Assembly (NCBI RefSeq): GCF_964204645.1
Contig: NC_134028.1
Location: 15,135,653 to 15,199,652, forward strand
From: Tubulanus polymorphus
Taxonomy: Eukaryota > Animalia > Nemertea
Direction of reading: 5' to 3'
DNA length: 64,000 nt
Shown: in pieces, positions 1-11,742 of the stretch
How positions within the stretch are numbered: position 1 is the first letter of the stretch
Layout of the letters: every line of letters begins with the position of its first letter
Made by a program: the position numbers and the translations under genes
The notes under the pieces: generated by a model
What the model saw: only the letters and a program-made list of their open reading frames with translations
What the model was told of the DNA's origin: nothing
Databases searched by the model: none

Positions 1-667
1 TAAAATTATTAAAATGTGGAATACAAGGTTTGAAATCACATTCAGCTAAATTATAATTTATTTGAGTTCCAAATCGTTTGACATTTTTTAATGGTAAAAT
101 ATTTAATAAACCAGAATTACAAATTGTATCTTTAGTTGCTTCGAATGTTTTTGTAGGATCAATTAAATTACAACAAATATAGAAGTGCGTAAAAGGTATT
201 ATATTTGGTGTAGTATCAACATTTGAATAAACTTTATTTGGATTAACTCCTAGCATTTTAGCTAATGGTTTTCTTACTATGAATTTATATTGTTCATTAG
301 TTAACTTTATTCTTATTTTATTAGTACTATCAATTTTATTAAATTTAATGTTAAACCCAACAGATTCACCCACTTTTAACCGAGCTCTTCTATTAATTTC
401 TTGAGATAATGTTTCTCAATTATATAATCCTGGTCTTAGAAATAGATGATACCATTTATCCATATTTTTATCATGAATCATAAACAATCTATGATCAAAA
501 CTTTTAATCGATATATTGTAAAAAGAATTACATAAACTTATATTAACTAATTTTAAATCAACACAATTCTTGAATTCTCTATCTAATTGAACTAATAAAT
601 TATGTGATTTATAATTTGTAAGTTTTCTAGAATCTACAAATATTCTGTATTCTTTTAAATCCACCAT
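1..667 (-). pseudogene. Polinton minor capsid protein (penton-like), copy 1, premature stop at 416
   Basis: Homologous to 31652..32408. The N-terminus has the IFVDS...ISLCNSFYNI pattern typical of Polinton minor capsid proteins. Confidence 0.7.
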
Positions 668-681
668 TTATTTTACATATT

Positions 682-1035
682 TTATTCGAAATCTATTTCA
701 TGGTGCCCTTTTTCATTCTTACCTTTGTATACGAAATAGAAATCTCCAGAACATAATTCTTCTAGATCTTCACTTGATAATCTATGAAATCTATCTGGTA
801 AATATGTTCTGAATTTATACGTATTTCCTTTTAATCCTTCATATTCTAAGTGTATAACTAATTTATCTCCATATTTGTTAGTAACTGTAACAATATCTGT
901 AATTAGATATTTCTTATGGATTGTTAATTCTTTTAACTTCTTAAATTTATAATCTACTGATTTGACATTTGAAGTATCTTTTATTCTATCTAGAAATAAT
1001 TTGTTGTTCTCACTGTGCGCTTGTTTACTCTCCAT
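682..1035 (-). CDS. Conserved 117-aa Polinton protein (beta-rich, putative OB-fold/ssDNA-binding)
   Basis: Intact ORF directly downstream of PolB, with KLKEL..KKYLIT..V..KYG..LV..L...YLPDRF. The paralog at 32426..32779 has an in-frame stop. The fold is inferred only. Confidence 0.6.
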   Translation of the reverse strand: MESKQAHSENNKLFLDRIKDTSNVKSVDYKFKKLKELTIHKKYLITDIVTVTNKYGDKLVIHLEYEGLKGNTYKFRTYLPDRFHRLSSEDLEELCSGDFYFVYKGKNEKGHHEIDFE

Positions 1036-3558
1036 TTATAATACATATTTTTATTAAAATTTGATTAACACGTTAGAATTCTTTTCATTATCTCGTTCTC
1101 TTTTGTTTCTTCTCTTTTAAATTTTAAGTATTCATCTAAATTACAACCATAAGCAACTGTATGAATTCCATCATCTAAAATATATCTTTTATCATCAAAA
1201 GGGTTTAGACTTATCTTTTCAATTTCTTCAATAAACATTTCATGATCTTCAGATCTTAAACATCTCATCTTATGTTTTCTAACTTCTTCATTGAATATAC
1301 AATTGATGTAATCTTTGAAATGAATATTCTTTTCTACTAGACTTTTGGTTATTCCTTTTAACTTTTTAGCTTCATGTTCTTTAGTTTTATATGAATACAT
1401 TTTAGATCTAATACCGATGAATTCAATCATTTCTTCACCACCTAATTCATCTTTGAATTTACCAGGAACGTTTTTATTATCATTGCTAAACAATTCATGA
1501 TTTTTAGGATAATTACTGAAATCAAAATGATGTTTTAATGTTTTTAAATCATCTGTTATGTTATAAGTTTTTATCTTTAATATGTAACTGTCAGCATCAA
1601 AATATAAGATTTCTATATCTTTTTCTCCAAAAAGTGGTTGTAATACATTATAATAGAATTCATACATTAGTAATTTTGATAATTCTAAAACTGAAACTCC
1701 AACATAAATTGGTTTATTAAATGTCATTGATGTTCTTCTCATTTTAAATGCGGCTAAATTTTCATCAAATATTCTGTTACCTAAAAACTTAGGATATGAT
1801 TGTAAATGCCTTATCCTTTTGCCATTACTTACTAACTCAATATCATTTCTATTTCTAATATTTTCACAAGTCTTACCATAGAATGCATTATTCATTAGTT
1901 TGAAGAAATCTTTCTCAAAATCAGTTTTAGCTTTAGTTCTCTGTTTGGTGTTAAAATCTATATATTTTTCTAACCACTTAGATTGACTGAATGAAATATA
2001 ACTATGTACTTTTTTTACGATCATTCCTTGTTTTAGATAAAACTTTAACATTCTATAATGTACTACATAATTATATTTATCTTCTTGAGTTACCATTAAC
2101 TTTACTGTATGAATATGATTTTCAGGTTTAATTCTTTTTTGATAATTTGATAATTCTTCATGAGTTACAGTTTTATGTTCTGGACAGTATGCTAGATTTC
2201 TAGATTCAAATTTAATATGTTCAGGATATTCTAAATCTACAACAAAGAAGCAACCAGTATCTGAATCATCTGCAATATCTAGGATTCTTTTCTTCCAATC
2301 AAATTTATCATTATTTTCATGTTGTGAAACTTCACTTATTTCAAATACTCCATAAGGTTGTGGTTCCATCATTGCCCAACCATATAGATTATTTGCATCT
2401 ATATATAATAATTTATATCCGGGGTTATCATTTACATTGAAATATCTATCACCTAATACACCTGAAACACCTCCTCTTATAGATTTTTCAAATAATAATA
2501 ATTGATCTATATTTGTTAACAAATCAATTTTCATATCTGTAAATTTTAATCCACAATCCCATGTTAAACCTGGACTAGAATAACAATGACATGGATCAAT
2601 GTTAAAATATTTTAGGTTTACATCTCTAAACCTTTCGAATATATCGGTTAATAATAATACATCTGATTTTAGATATGAATCTACTAATTGTCCATGATTT
2701 TCTATTTTGAAATGATTCCAAATATTCAATGTTCTATTATAGACTTCATCTTTAACATATTCATTTTTTAATTCATCATCGAATTGTTCTTTCAATAATT
2801 CAGTTATGTTAAAATCATTATGATTTTTATAGACAGAATATGGAATTGCGCCTTTACATCTCATTAATTGAAAATCATCATTATTTGGGTAGTGTTGTTT
2901 TAATATTTTTAATTCATCATCAACTAATGATTTTGATAAGTTATCTATATTTTATATTTAAAAATCTATATGAATCTATAAATCCTAGGCAACCAAATTG
3001 GAATGATTTATAATTCTCAGATGTTCTAGCTAACATTTTAAATTTATAAGTTGGTATTTTATCTTTTGATCTATTTGAATTTAATCTTTCTATTTCATTA
3101 TTAATTTCTTCTATTTTATGACATAACTGTTTGATAAATAAATGTGCATCATATCCTGATAGATTATGAAATATAATGGTACAAAGTTAATTTTCTTAGC
3201 TTGTAAGTTACAATTCTCATGTGCAGCGCCTCTAAACTTTCCATTCAAATGATCATGGTCTCTTACTTTTTTATCTTTATAATTAAATATCTTTTCACAA
3301 TAATAACATTTATCTGCAAACTCAAATGCTTCTTTATCTTCTTCTGTCATTATAATTTCTATATTTTTATTTAACTTTTCATTAAATCTTATTTCATATT
3401 CAATTAATAAGTCACAAAAATGATTGATAACATTTTCATTTCTATAATGATAATATTCACTTTCAATTAGTTCTGGATAATCAGATTTAATATACAACCC
3501 GAAAGCAGCAGCTGATTGATGAATCTTTTTAATAGTATTTGTTATTTGCGGTTCATCT

Positions 3559-3981
3559 TGTTCTAAATCGACGAAACGAATCCTCGAAAATCTATTGAAC
3601 ACGAAAGCACAGCTACATTTCAAACTCAGCGTGTTTATTTTAGCAACTAACGATGCTGCACTATGCCATATAATGCCGGTTTGCTACAAATATGAAAATA
3701 TATATATAAGTAATCAATTCAATTTATGCAAAGAAAACTAACCCACAGCAAATCTAAAAATTCGTTACTTACAATTACTGTAGCTCCTCGAGCAAGTTTC
3801 TACGAAAATGACCAATGCTCAACTGTGAGATATTCAATATATACTGTATATATAATGTACTAGACTTAGTAACAACAAAGCATGGAGAGGTTCAATGAAG
3901 GGTTACAAATCGTACAGTACTAAAGCTAAACTCGACTACAATAAAATTCTATAGCAGCAAACCGGACTTCAATTTACAACA
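3559..3981 (-). repeat. Pao 3' LTR
   Basis: Direct repeat of 9655..10077; preceded on the minus strand by a purine-rich AGGAGG stretch. Confidence 0.95.
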
Positions 3982-4132
3982 CAGCACCTCCTAAACATCC
4001 GTATCAGACGGTGTTTGAAAATATAACGATATCATATTACAAAGATTACATGATTACTTCAAATACATATTATTGTCGTATCAAATATAAGTAATTATCT
4101 CGCACATACAAATACAAATTTAATCAAGATAA

Positions 4133-7100
4133 TTATACAATACTCTCTTCCAATACGCAAAGCTTAACTACTGGTCGAACATATTCTGACGAAGAGGTTT
4201 TTACTTTTACCGAACGAATTCGTCCATCATTAGGACTAGGATAAACTTCAATAATACGACCCAATGGCCATTGACCACGAGGAATGTCTTTGTCTTTGAT
4301 TAACACTAAGTCACCTAATTTGACATTTTCTGTATTTTCTAGCCACTTGCTTCTCATTGTTAAGGGTGGCAAATACTCTTTCAGCCAGCGACGCCAAAAG
4401 TGGTCTGCCAGAACCAGGGACTGACGCCATCTTTTTCTACTGTTGATTTCACGCTCATGAAATACTCCAAGGGCCACGACAGAACTAGCACCCCCGTGTA
4501 AAAAGTGGTTTGGTGTAATGGGTGTAAAATCTGCAGGATCCACGCTATTATAAGTTAAAGGTCGACTATTAACAGATGCTTCCACCTCTATAAGCGTTGT
4601 TCGCAGCACGTTTTCAGGAAATGATTGTCCTTTAAGGACTGATTTGATAGCCGCCTTTACCGTTCGAACCAATCTCTCCCAAACCCCACCAAAATGGGGG
4701 GCACAGGGACTATTAAAGGTCCATTTAATACCCTTTTCATGACAAAAATTAGAAATACGAGATTGATTTAATTGTGTTAAACATTCTCTTAACTCTCTCT
4801 CAGCTCCAACAAAGTTGGAACCATTGTCACTATAAATATGACTCGGCTGACCACGTCGCCCAATGAAATTCCTCAGAATTAGTAAAAATGTGTCAGTTTC
4901 CATTGAGTCAGCTACTTCCAAATGTACTGCACGAGTTACTAAACACGTGAATAAGCAAACCCATACTTTGATTGTAGAACGCCCTCTTTTGATGAATAAA
5001 GGGCCAAAATAGTCTACCCCACTAAATTGAAAGGGTCTGCAATGGCTAGTAATTCTATGTGCGGGTAAATCCGACATAAAAGGAACTCTAGGCTTAGCTA
5101 ATCGACGACGACAACCGAAGCACCGCGAAATCGCACGCTTTGCGACAGATCTAGCTTTAATTGGCCAGTACTTTTGACGAACTAATGAAATCAAGTGCTC
5201 TGGACCAGCATGGAAATGAATAAGGTGTTCTTTTCGTACAAGAAGCTCCGTGATATGATGAGAGAAAGGGAGAAGCAACTGATGGCGCGCCTCTACGGAA
5301 ACATTTGGAGCATTGTGAATCCTTCCACCTACTCTGATACTGGAGCCATCAAAAACTGGATCGAGACAGCGCAAAGAACTACGATCCTTTAACTTCCCCT
5401 TTTTAAGGAAAGAGAACTCCTCTGGGAATGAGTCACGTTGGGCTTGAGAAACTAAGCATGTTTCCGCAAAATCAAAATCTTCCACTGTCAAAGTTTTTGC
5501 TTTTACAGCTGTATATCCCAAACGTGGAACGTGTGAGGCAAAATTCCTGATAGCCCTTAAAATCCAAGCTGTTCTGCGTAACAAAGGGTACCAACGAGAA
5601 TAATCCTCCGGCTGTACAAGACCCGTTAAGTCAATGACTGGCTCAGCCTGAGGAAATGCTAAGACTTTATTCACTAGCTTAGTTTTCTTGAGATTTTCAT
5701 CTATATCTGAAATGATACCTAGATCAGGCTGAGACGGCCATTGCTTTTCAGGAACACGGAGAAATTCTGGACCTGCAAACCAACGATGCGAAAAAGTCAG
5801 ATCAGAAGCTAAAAGCCCCCTTGAGCAATCGTCAGCAGGATTCGACTCGGATGCAATATACATCCACTGATTAACCGATGATATTTCACGAATTTCCCCC
5901 ACTCTATTGGCTACAAAAATCTTGAATCTTTTTTTTTCATTACGAATATATCGTAAAACAGTTTGTGAGTCAGTCCAATAAGAGACTTCAATGTCACAAA
6001 TTTCTGACAGTTCTCGCTTCAAAACCTCACCCAAACGAACCGACATAATGGCACCTTGCAGCTCCAATTTCGGCATGGTTAAAGGATGTTTTGTAGGAGC
6101 TAAGTGAGTTTTTGAAGCGAGAAAGGTAGTTTGAAATGAACTATCAATCAAATAACGCAAATATGCTACACTACCAAATGCCCTCTCGGACGCGTCACTA
6201 AACAAATGCAACTGTACATTACTAACAGAAGGAGAAAACAACTCATGGTGACGAGGAATTTTCAGCTCATGCAACAACTTCAACTCATTTTGCCATTCAT
6301 CCCAGGTTACCAATAAGTCCCCAGAAATATCTTCATCCCATTCGAACCCAGACCGCCATATATCTTGAATCAAACACTTGGCCCTAAGTATGAATGGTGA
6401 TAGGAAACCTAATGGATCAAAAATGGATGAGACAGCGCTTATGATACCTCGTTTAGTAAGTTTAACATCTTTGATAACAGGTTTAAATACAAAGGAATCA
6501 TTCTGAGCGTTCCATTTCACACCTAAAGTCCGTTCTACTGATAAGTCACCTAAGACTAGGTCTAACGAAGGGTTAGCAAGTTCTTCAGGGTGAATTTGGG
6601 ATAGGACCCATTTACTTGATGACATCCACTTTGTGAGATGGAAACCTCCTTTAGCAAGAATATATTTTACCTCATAAGCTAATTGCAACGCTTTGCTATC
6701 ACCAGGAACTGACTTGAGAAAATCATCCACATAGAAATTTCGCAAGACAGAATTTACAGCGATGCTACTAAAACAATCAATGTTATCACGAGCTGATCTT
6801 TTTAGAGCGTAATTCGCACAACAAGGCGAGTCTCGAGCACCGAAAATGTGCACCAACATCTTAAAAACCTCCGGAGAACCATATGAGCCATCTGGCCGCC
6901 AAAGGAATCTCAATGATTCAGATTCGCTTTCAGAGGTTCTCACTTGATGAAACATCGCTTGTATGTCCGCAACAAGCGCTGTTTCAAATAAACGAAATCT
7001 TTGTAAGACACCAAACAAACTATTTAACAGATCAGGGCCTGTCATTAGTAAGTTGTTTAACGAAGAACCCCTGAACTGCGAAGCTGCATCAAACACTATC

Positions 7101-9625
7101 CGAAATTTACCCGGCTTGTTCGGGTTCAAAACGCAATGGTGAGGAAGATACCAAGTTCTAGGTGTCGAAATAATTTCTTCCTCAGGAGTCAACTTTCGAG
7201 CATACCCAGCGGAAATATAGCCATTAAGTGTATCACAATAGCCATTTTTAATTACAGAATCTTTACACAGGCGGTTTGTTAGCAAGTCAAATCTTCTCTT
7301 AGCTAATGGAAAGTTATTTGGTAAAACACTATTTTCATCTCTCCATAGCATACCTACTTGATAATGATCACCCACAAGTTGGGTTGTTTCTTCAAGAATT
7401 TTAAGAGCTCTTTGATCTTCAACCGATCCAATCTTATCAGGGTAAGTTACACCAAAGGATTCTGTTGACCAAAAGTTCTCAATTTGTCGTGAGAGTGAAT
7501 TTTCATCAACAAGAGAGCATTCCGAAACAATTGAATGGACGTGAACATCGCACAAGTCATTTGACATGTTCCCAAACAAACACCACCCTAATCTAGTCCG
7601 AATAGCTAAGGGCTGATTTGATGTCCCTTCCCTTACCTCTAATTGTATATGTGCTCTAGGTACATTTGCACCCAAAAGTACTTTAACCTGACGTGGGAAT
7701 GTATCAGGAAATCGCAGACCCTCTAAATGTTTCAACTTATGAGGAGAAAATTCATTATATTTCTTAAGTGGACAACTGATATTACCAGATGTAGTCCATG
7801 CTTGGGACACATGAATGATTTCTGACAAAGGATCATTGCTTCGAACGGTAAAGGAAACACGGCGAGATAACTGTGCATCGCTTGAGTGAAGTGTGTTGAT
7901 AGTCAATACTTGTTTTTTACCAGACAACCCTAAATCAATAGCCAGATCTTCACGGATTAATGTCACGTCACTCCCAGAATCCAGCAGACCATACGTCGAT
8001 ATACGTCTTCCGTTAGCACCCTGAACCACAATCGGCAAAACCTGAAAATACACGTCAGAACAATTACTATCGAGACCAAGAACTATAATGCGTTCTATTG
8101 CGCTAGGTGCTACACCTTGACTACTACTGGCTTGCGATTCACTATTACAAGTGTCTAGATTCTGAGTTTGATTCTTTTGTTCAATATCATTAATTTTGAT
8201 TTTACGTTTAACATGAAGCAGTGTATGATGTCTCTTGCCACACCCTGGTTCTTTACAGCAAGAAAGAGATTTGCAAGTCGCAATGAAATGACCAGGTGAC
8301 AAACAATTAATACACAAACGTAATCTCTTGACTAGAGCAAATCTTTCATCTACCGATTTATCAATGAAATCTCCACAATTACTCACAGAATGACTACCTG
8401 AACAAATAACACATTCAAATATTTTCCCACCTGACACGCAACTGCTAGACATCTGTTTCGTGGAATTATTCACATTGATTTTCCGTGATCCTAAAGCATT
8501 ACTAGAAAAATTATTACGTTTCAATTTCAACCTATTTTGTTGTAATGAAAATGGACCGAAGTCAGCGTCAACACAATCTTTGAGCCAACTTTCTAGATCA
8601 AACAATGTAGGATCTCGTTGTCGAGATATACGTCTAACGAATTCGTTCCATTTTGAACGCTTGTCAATCGGGATACGTTTTACAACTTTCTGTAATAAAT
8701 CACTACTGCCAATTTCAGAAAGATAATTCATTTGTTTTAGAGTAATTAAGCAATCTCTCACACTAATGTAAAAGGAACGTAATGATATTGAATCATATGA
8801 ATTTGTGGGTGGACCGTTCGTAATTGATTCAATATAAGCCCTAGCTACGTGTACTCTGTGTCCAAACACAAACTTTAGCTCCTTAAGGGAGCGTGCATAT
8901 TTACAACCACTAAACCCAAGACCTTGAATGAGCTCTCTGGCCTCACCTTTCACATGCGACTGCAGAAGGTCTTGACGTCTGGAATCTTTGATCCCGGGAC
9001 GATTATGTACTTGCACATAAAACTGCTCAATGAACCTTGGCCATACAAGTGGTGAACCGTCGAACATCGGGAGACCAACTTTCGGTAAATCTCGATCAAT
9101 CTCCATCTTGATAACGGCTTCTTCCAGGGAGGTTGATGATTCCACATTTACTATAGTTTCGACTCCTTCGACCAAATCATCGATCCACGCATCAATGGTC
9201 CTAAGCGACGAGTTGTTTACAGCATTCGTCACGACATTCTCTGAAAGATCCTCTGCAACTGGATGCGACACGGAAGATGTAGACGACGCTTGGAAAACGG
9301 GTGCATTCGGATCAAGATACGAGTCTCTTTTAGCAAAATTGTCTAACCTTTCTAAAGCAACCATAGCTTTATCGAAATAACACTCCATCCAACGCCCAGC
9401 GGTTTCGATTTCTTCTTCATTCTCGAGTACAGACATGAACTTGTCGTGAGCAGTTTGCAGATTTTGCAAACATCCAGTGATACGTTGCTTTGCCGGTTCA
9501 ACAGCCGCCGATATGCGAACTGAATCCGCAGCATCAATAGCACGAGTAAGCCAACCAGCGAGACTTGTACGAGTGGCTTTCAACGACTTACTTTTACTAG
9601 TATTTGAATCTTCGTTATCGGTCAT
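4133..9625 (-). CDS. BEL/Pao Gag-Pol polyprotein (1830 aa): Gag with three Cys-His knuckles, protease, RT, RNase H, integrase
   Basis: CVICSGSH..C, CINCLSPGH..C, CGKRHH; protease LLDSGS; RT FYVDD; RNase H FSDAS; integrase GVDYFGP..SDNG..WERLV. The ORF is uninterrupted. Confidence 0.97.
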   Translation of the reverse strand: MTDNEDSNTSKSKSLKATRTSLAGWLTRAIDAADSVRISAAVEPAKQRITGCLQNLQTAHDKFMSVLENEEEIETAGRWMECYFDKAMVALERLDNFAKRDSYLDPNAPVFQASSTSSVSHPVAEDLSENVVTNAVNNSSLRTIDAWIDDLVEGVETIVNVESSTSLEEAVIKMEIDRDLPKVGLPMFDGSPLVWPRFIEQFYVQVHNRPGIKDSRRQDLLQSHVKGEARELIQGLGFSGCKYARSLKELKFVFGHRVHVARAYIESITNGPPTNSYDSISLRSFYISVRDCLITLKQMNYLSEIGSSDLLQKVVKRIPIDKRSKWNEFVRRISRQRDPTLFDLESWLKDCVDADFGPFSLQQNRLKLKRNNFSSNALGSRKINVNNSTKQMSSSCVSGGKIFECVICSGSHSVSNCGDFIDKSVDERFALVKRLRLCINCLSPGHFIATCKSLSCCKEPGCGKRHHTLLHVKRKIKINDIEQKNQTQNLDTCNSESQASSSQGVAPSAIERIIVLGLDSNCSDVYFQVLPIVVQGANGRRISTYGLLDSGSDVTLIREDLAIDLGLSGKKQVLTINTLHSSDAQLSRRVSFTVRSNDPLSEIIHVSQAWTTSGNISCPLKKYNEFSPHKLKHLEGLRFPDTFPRQVKVLLGANVPRAHIQLEVREGTSNQPLAIRTRLGWCLFGNMSNDLCDVHVHSIVSECSLVDENSLSRQIENFWSTESFGVTYPDKIGSVEDQRALKILEETTQLVGDHYQVGMLWRDENSVLPNNFPLAKRRFDLLTNRLCKDSVIKNGYCDTLNGYISAGYARKLTPEEEIISTPRTWYLPHHCVLNPNKPGKFRIVFDAASQFRGSSLNNLLMTGPDLLNSLFGVLQRFRLFETALVADIQAMFHQVRTSESESESLRFLWRPDGSYGSPEVFKMLVHIFGARDSPCCANYALKRSARDNIDCFSSIAVNSVLRNFYVDDFLKSVPGDSKALQLAYEVKYILAKGGFHLTKWMSSSKWVLSQIHPEELANPSLDLVLGDLSVERTLGVKWNAQNDSFVFKPVIKDVKLTKRGIISAVSSIFDPLGFLSPFILRAKCLIQDIWRSGFEWDEDISGDLLVTWDEWQNELKLLHELKIPRHHELFSPSVSNVQLHLFSDASERAFGSVAYLRYLIDSSFQTTFLASKTHLAPTKHPLTMPKLELQGAIMSVRLGEVLKRELSEICDIEVSYWTDSQTVLRYIRNEKKRFKIFVANRVGEIREISSVNQWMYIASESNPADDCSRGLLASDLTFSHRWFAGPEFLRVPEKQWPSQPDLGIISDIDENLKKTKLVNKVLAFPQAEPVIDLTGLVQPEDYSRWYPLLRRTAWILRAIRNFASHVPRLGYTAVKAKTLTVEDFDFAETCLVSQAQRDSFPEEFSFLKKGKLKDRSSLRCLDPVFDGSSIRVGGRIHNAPNVSVEARHQLLLPFSHHITELLVRKEHLIHFHAGPEHLISLVRQKYWPIKARSVAKRAISRCFGCRRRLAKPRVPFMSDLPAHRITSHCRPFQFSGVDYFGPLFIKRGRSTIKVWVCLFTCLVTRAVHLEVADSMETDTFLLILRNFIGRRGQPSHIYSDNGSNFVGAERELRECLTQLNQSRISNFCHEKGIKWTFNSPCAPHFGGVWERLVRTVKAAIKSVLKGQSFPENVLRTTLIEVEASVNSRPLTYNSVDPADFTPITPNHFLHGGASSVVALGVFHEREINSRKRWRQSLVLADHFWRRWLKEYLPPLTMRSKWLENTENVKLGDLVLIKDKDIPRGQWPLGRIIEVYPSPNDGRIRSVKVKTSSSEYVRPVVKLCVLEESIV

Positions 9626-9654
9626 GATGAGCTTTCGAGTAATTCAAACTATAA

Positions 9655-10077
9655 TGTTCTAAATCGACGAAACGAATCCTCGAAAATCTATTGAACACGA
9701 AAGCACAGCTACATTTCAAACTCAGCGTGTTTATTTTAGCAACTAACGATGCTGCACTATGCCATATAATGCCGGTTTGCTACAAATATGAAAATATATA
9801 TATAAGTAATCAATTCAATTTATGCAAAGAAAACTAACCCACAGCAAATCTAAAAATTCGTTACTTACAATTACTGTAGCTCCTCGAGCAAGTTTCTACG
9901 AAAATGACCAATGCTCAACTGTGAGATATTCAATATATACTGTATATATAATGTACTAGACTTAGTAACAACAAAGCATGGAGAGGTTCAATGAAGGGTT
10001 ACAAATCCTACAGTACTAAAGCTAAACTCGACTACAATAAAATTCTATAGCAGCAAACCGGACTTCAATTTACAACA
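9655..10077 (-). repeat. Pao 5' LTR
   Basis: Direct repeat of 3559..3981. Confidence 0.95.
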
Positions 10078-11321
10078 CATCTGAAAAATCATTTTCATTA
10101 GAATTTAATTTCTTTCTTTTATAATATATTTCTTTTCTATCTTGATCAGTTAGTTCTTTATTTAATGATTCAAAATCTCCATATATTACAAATGGTACTT
10201 TATTTTTGTAATCATATTTTTTGAATTCTAATATTTTATCCTTTTCATTTGGTAAAACTAATCTACAATAATCTACATGATTTGCACATAATTGTTTATG
10301 ATTTAATAATGTACTTTCATTACTGAATCTATGTAAACATTTTCTACAAAGATATAATCTTCAACTGGGTGTAAGCAACTTATAATTGCCCATAGAAAAC
10401 ATTTATCATCAAAATTTTGTACATTTATTACAGCATTAGTTTTAAATGGTAGTTTAATATAACTCGATGCTTCAATATCTGGTTCTTTATAATATGATAC
10501 ATTATTTTCATCAATTGGTATCGATTTAGTTAACTTTTTACATTTTGTGTTATAAACATGTGAAGTCATAAATATTATTTCATCAAATATTACACCAGAT
10601 CCTTCAAAATATTTCTCTTCTATTTTAGTTTTTACTTCATTATAACATTTATCTAATTTATCATCTATATGTTGTTTAGATATAATATGTTGTGAATGAG
10701 AATTTATATTATATATTGGTTTATCTTCGGATTTTATGAATTTAACTTTAGAAGATATACTTATTTTAGGATATTCAACATCAGTTATTATTTTTATAAT
10801 TTTTTTTCATATTTTCTAAATGTTTTTTATTTTCTTCTCATGTTTTTCCTTTATGAAATTTAAGCTCGATAGATGCTGGGCCAATATCACTTTTAAATGC
10901 TTCGGTTATCTCTATATATTTTTTTAATAATCTAATGAATTAATATAATTTCTTACATCTTCCATGTATGGTCTTTTATTGTTTAATTTATTTTCATTCT
11001 TTTAATTGTCTTATGTTTCTTATCATTGTCATTATCAAAATAATCTTCACCTAAAATATCATTATTCATATTTCTAATATGGCTTTTAGATTTTAAATGT
11101 TCATTATAATATCTTTTATCACTGAATGATTGATTACATGTATCACATTTGTATGTTTCTTTTTCATTTTTTAATTCTTCTAATTTAGTTCCTAATATAT
11201 CATCTTTATATTCTAATTTCAATTTATTCTCTAAATGTGTTTTAGTTTTATTGTGTCTTGATTTTTGGGATTTATCTATATTGATATTACATGTTGGACA
11301 GTAGTACTTATTTGCTTCCAT

Positions 11322-11742
11322 TTTAATACTAAATTTTTTTTTTAAATTGATTTTAGAAGTTCAATGATTTATATATGTATTATTTCAATCACACTTTACT
11401 AACACTTTTAATGTTTAAAAATCTAACTCATAAAAATATAAATATTGAAATAATGTTTAAAATATATCTATATATCTATTCTATAAGAGCTCACACTTTT
11501 ATATTGAATAATCTATCAATTTAAATGTTATTCATGTAAATGAATATTTTAAGAGTAATAGGGGTAATGGGCTTTCAGGCTAAAGGTTGAAGGGGCGAGT
11601 GAGTAAAAAATGAAAATAACAATAATTTCCAGTTGAATTAGGAGTGTGCGCGACTTATTCAACTGGAAATTATTGTTATTTTCATTTTTTTACGAGCTCG
11701 ACCCTTCGACCTTTGGCCTGAAAGCCCATTACCCCTATTACT
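11322..11742. repeat. Polinton terminal inverted repeat (copy 1), including a 189-bp imperfect terminal hairpin at 11554..11742
   Basis: 11322..11600 is the reverse complement of ~19005..19258 (the opposite end of copy 2). AGTAATAGGGGTAATGGGCTTTCAGG..CCTGAAAGCCCATTACCCCTATTACT folds back. Confidence 0.85.

Larger units (their letters stand above)
3559..10077 (-). mobile_element. BEL/Pao LTR retrotransposon, full length and recent
   Basis: 423-bp TG..CA LTRs at 3559..3981 and 9655..10077 with one mismatch seen. 5-bp TSD CATCT at 3554..3558 and 10078..10082. Confidence 0.97.
1065..11321 (-). pseudogene. Protein-primed family B DNA polymerase (pPolB), copy 1; split by the Pao insertion at 3559..10077, with frameshifts and an internal deletion
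   Basis: Motifs YIDANNLYGWAM, KLMNNAFYGK and YFDADS (YxDTDS mutated), plus an endonuclease-VII-type Zn domain (CYYC..DHDH..GAAH..CN). N-terminal pieces lie at 10078..11321. Confidence 0.95.
1..11742 (-). mobile_element. Polinton/Maverick (adintovirus-like) copy 1, PolB end; runs off the window start; interrupted by a BEL/Pao element
   Basis: Gene order pPolB - 117-aa protein - penton is collinear with copy 2 (31652..38997). The terminus reads 5'-AGTAATAG on the minus strand at 11742 and matches the copy 3 terminus at 63533. Confidence 0.92.

Noticed and set aside
3559-3623. N-terminus of the 170-aa ORF 3111..3623
   Set aside because: It is read from the Pao LTR; the remainder is a PolB fragment.
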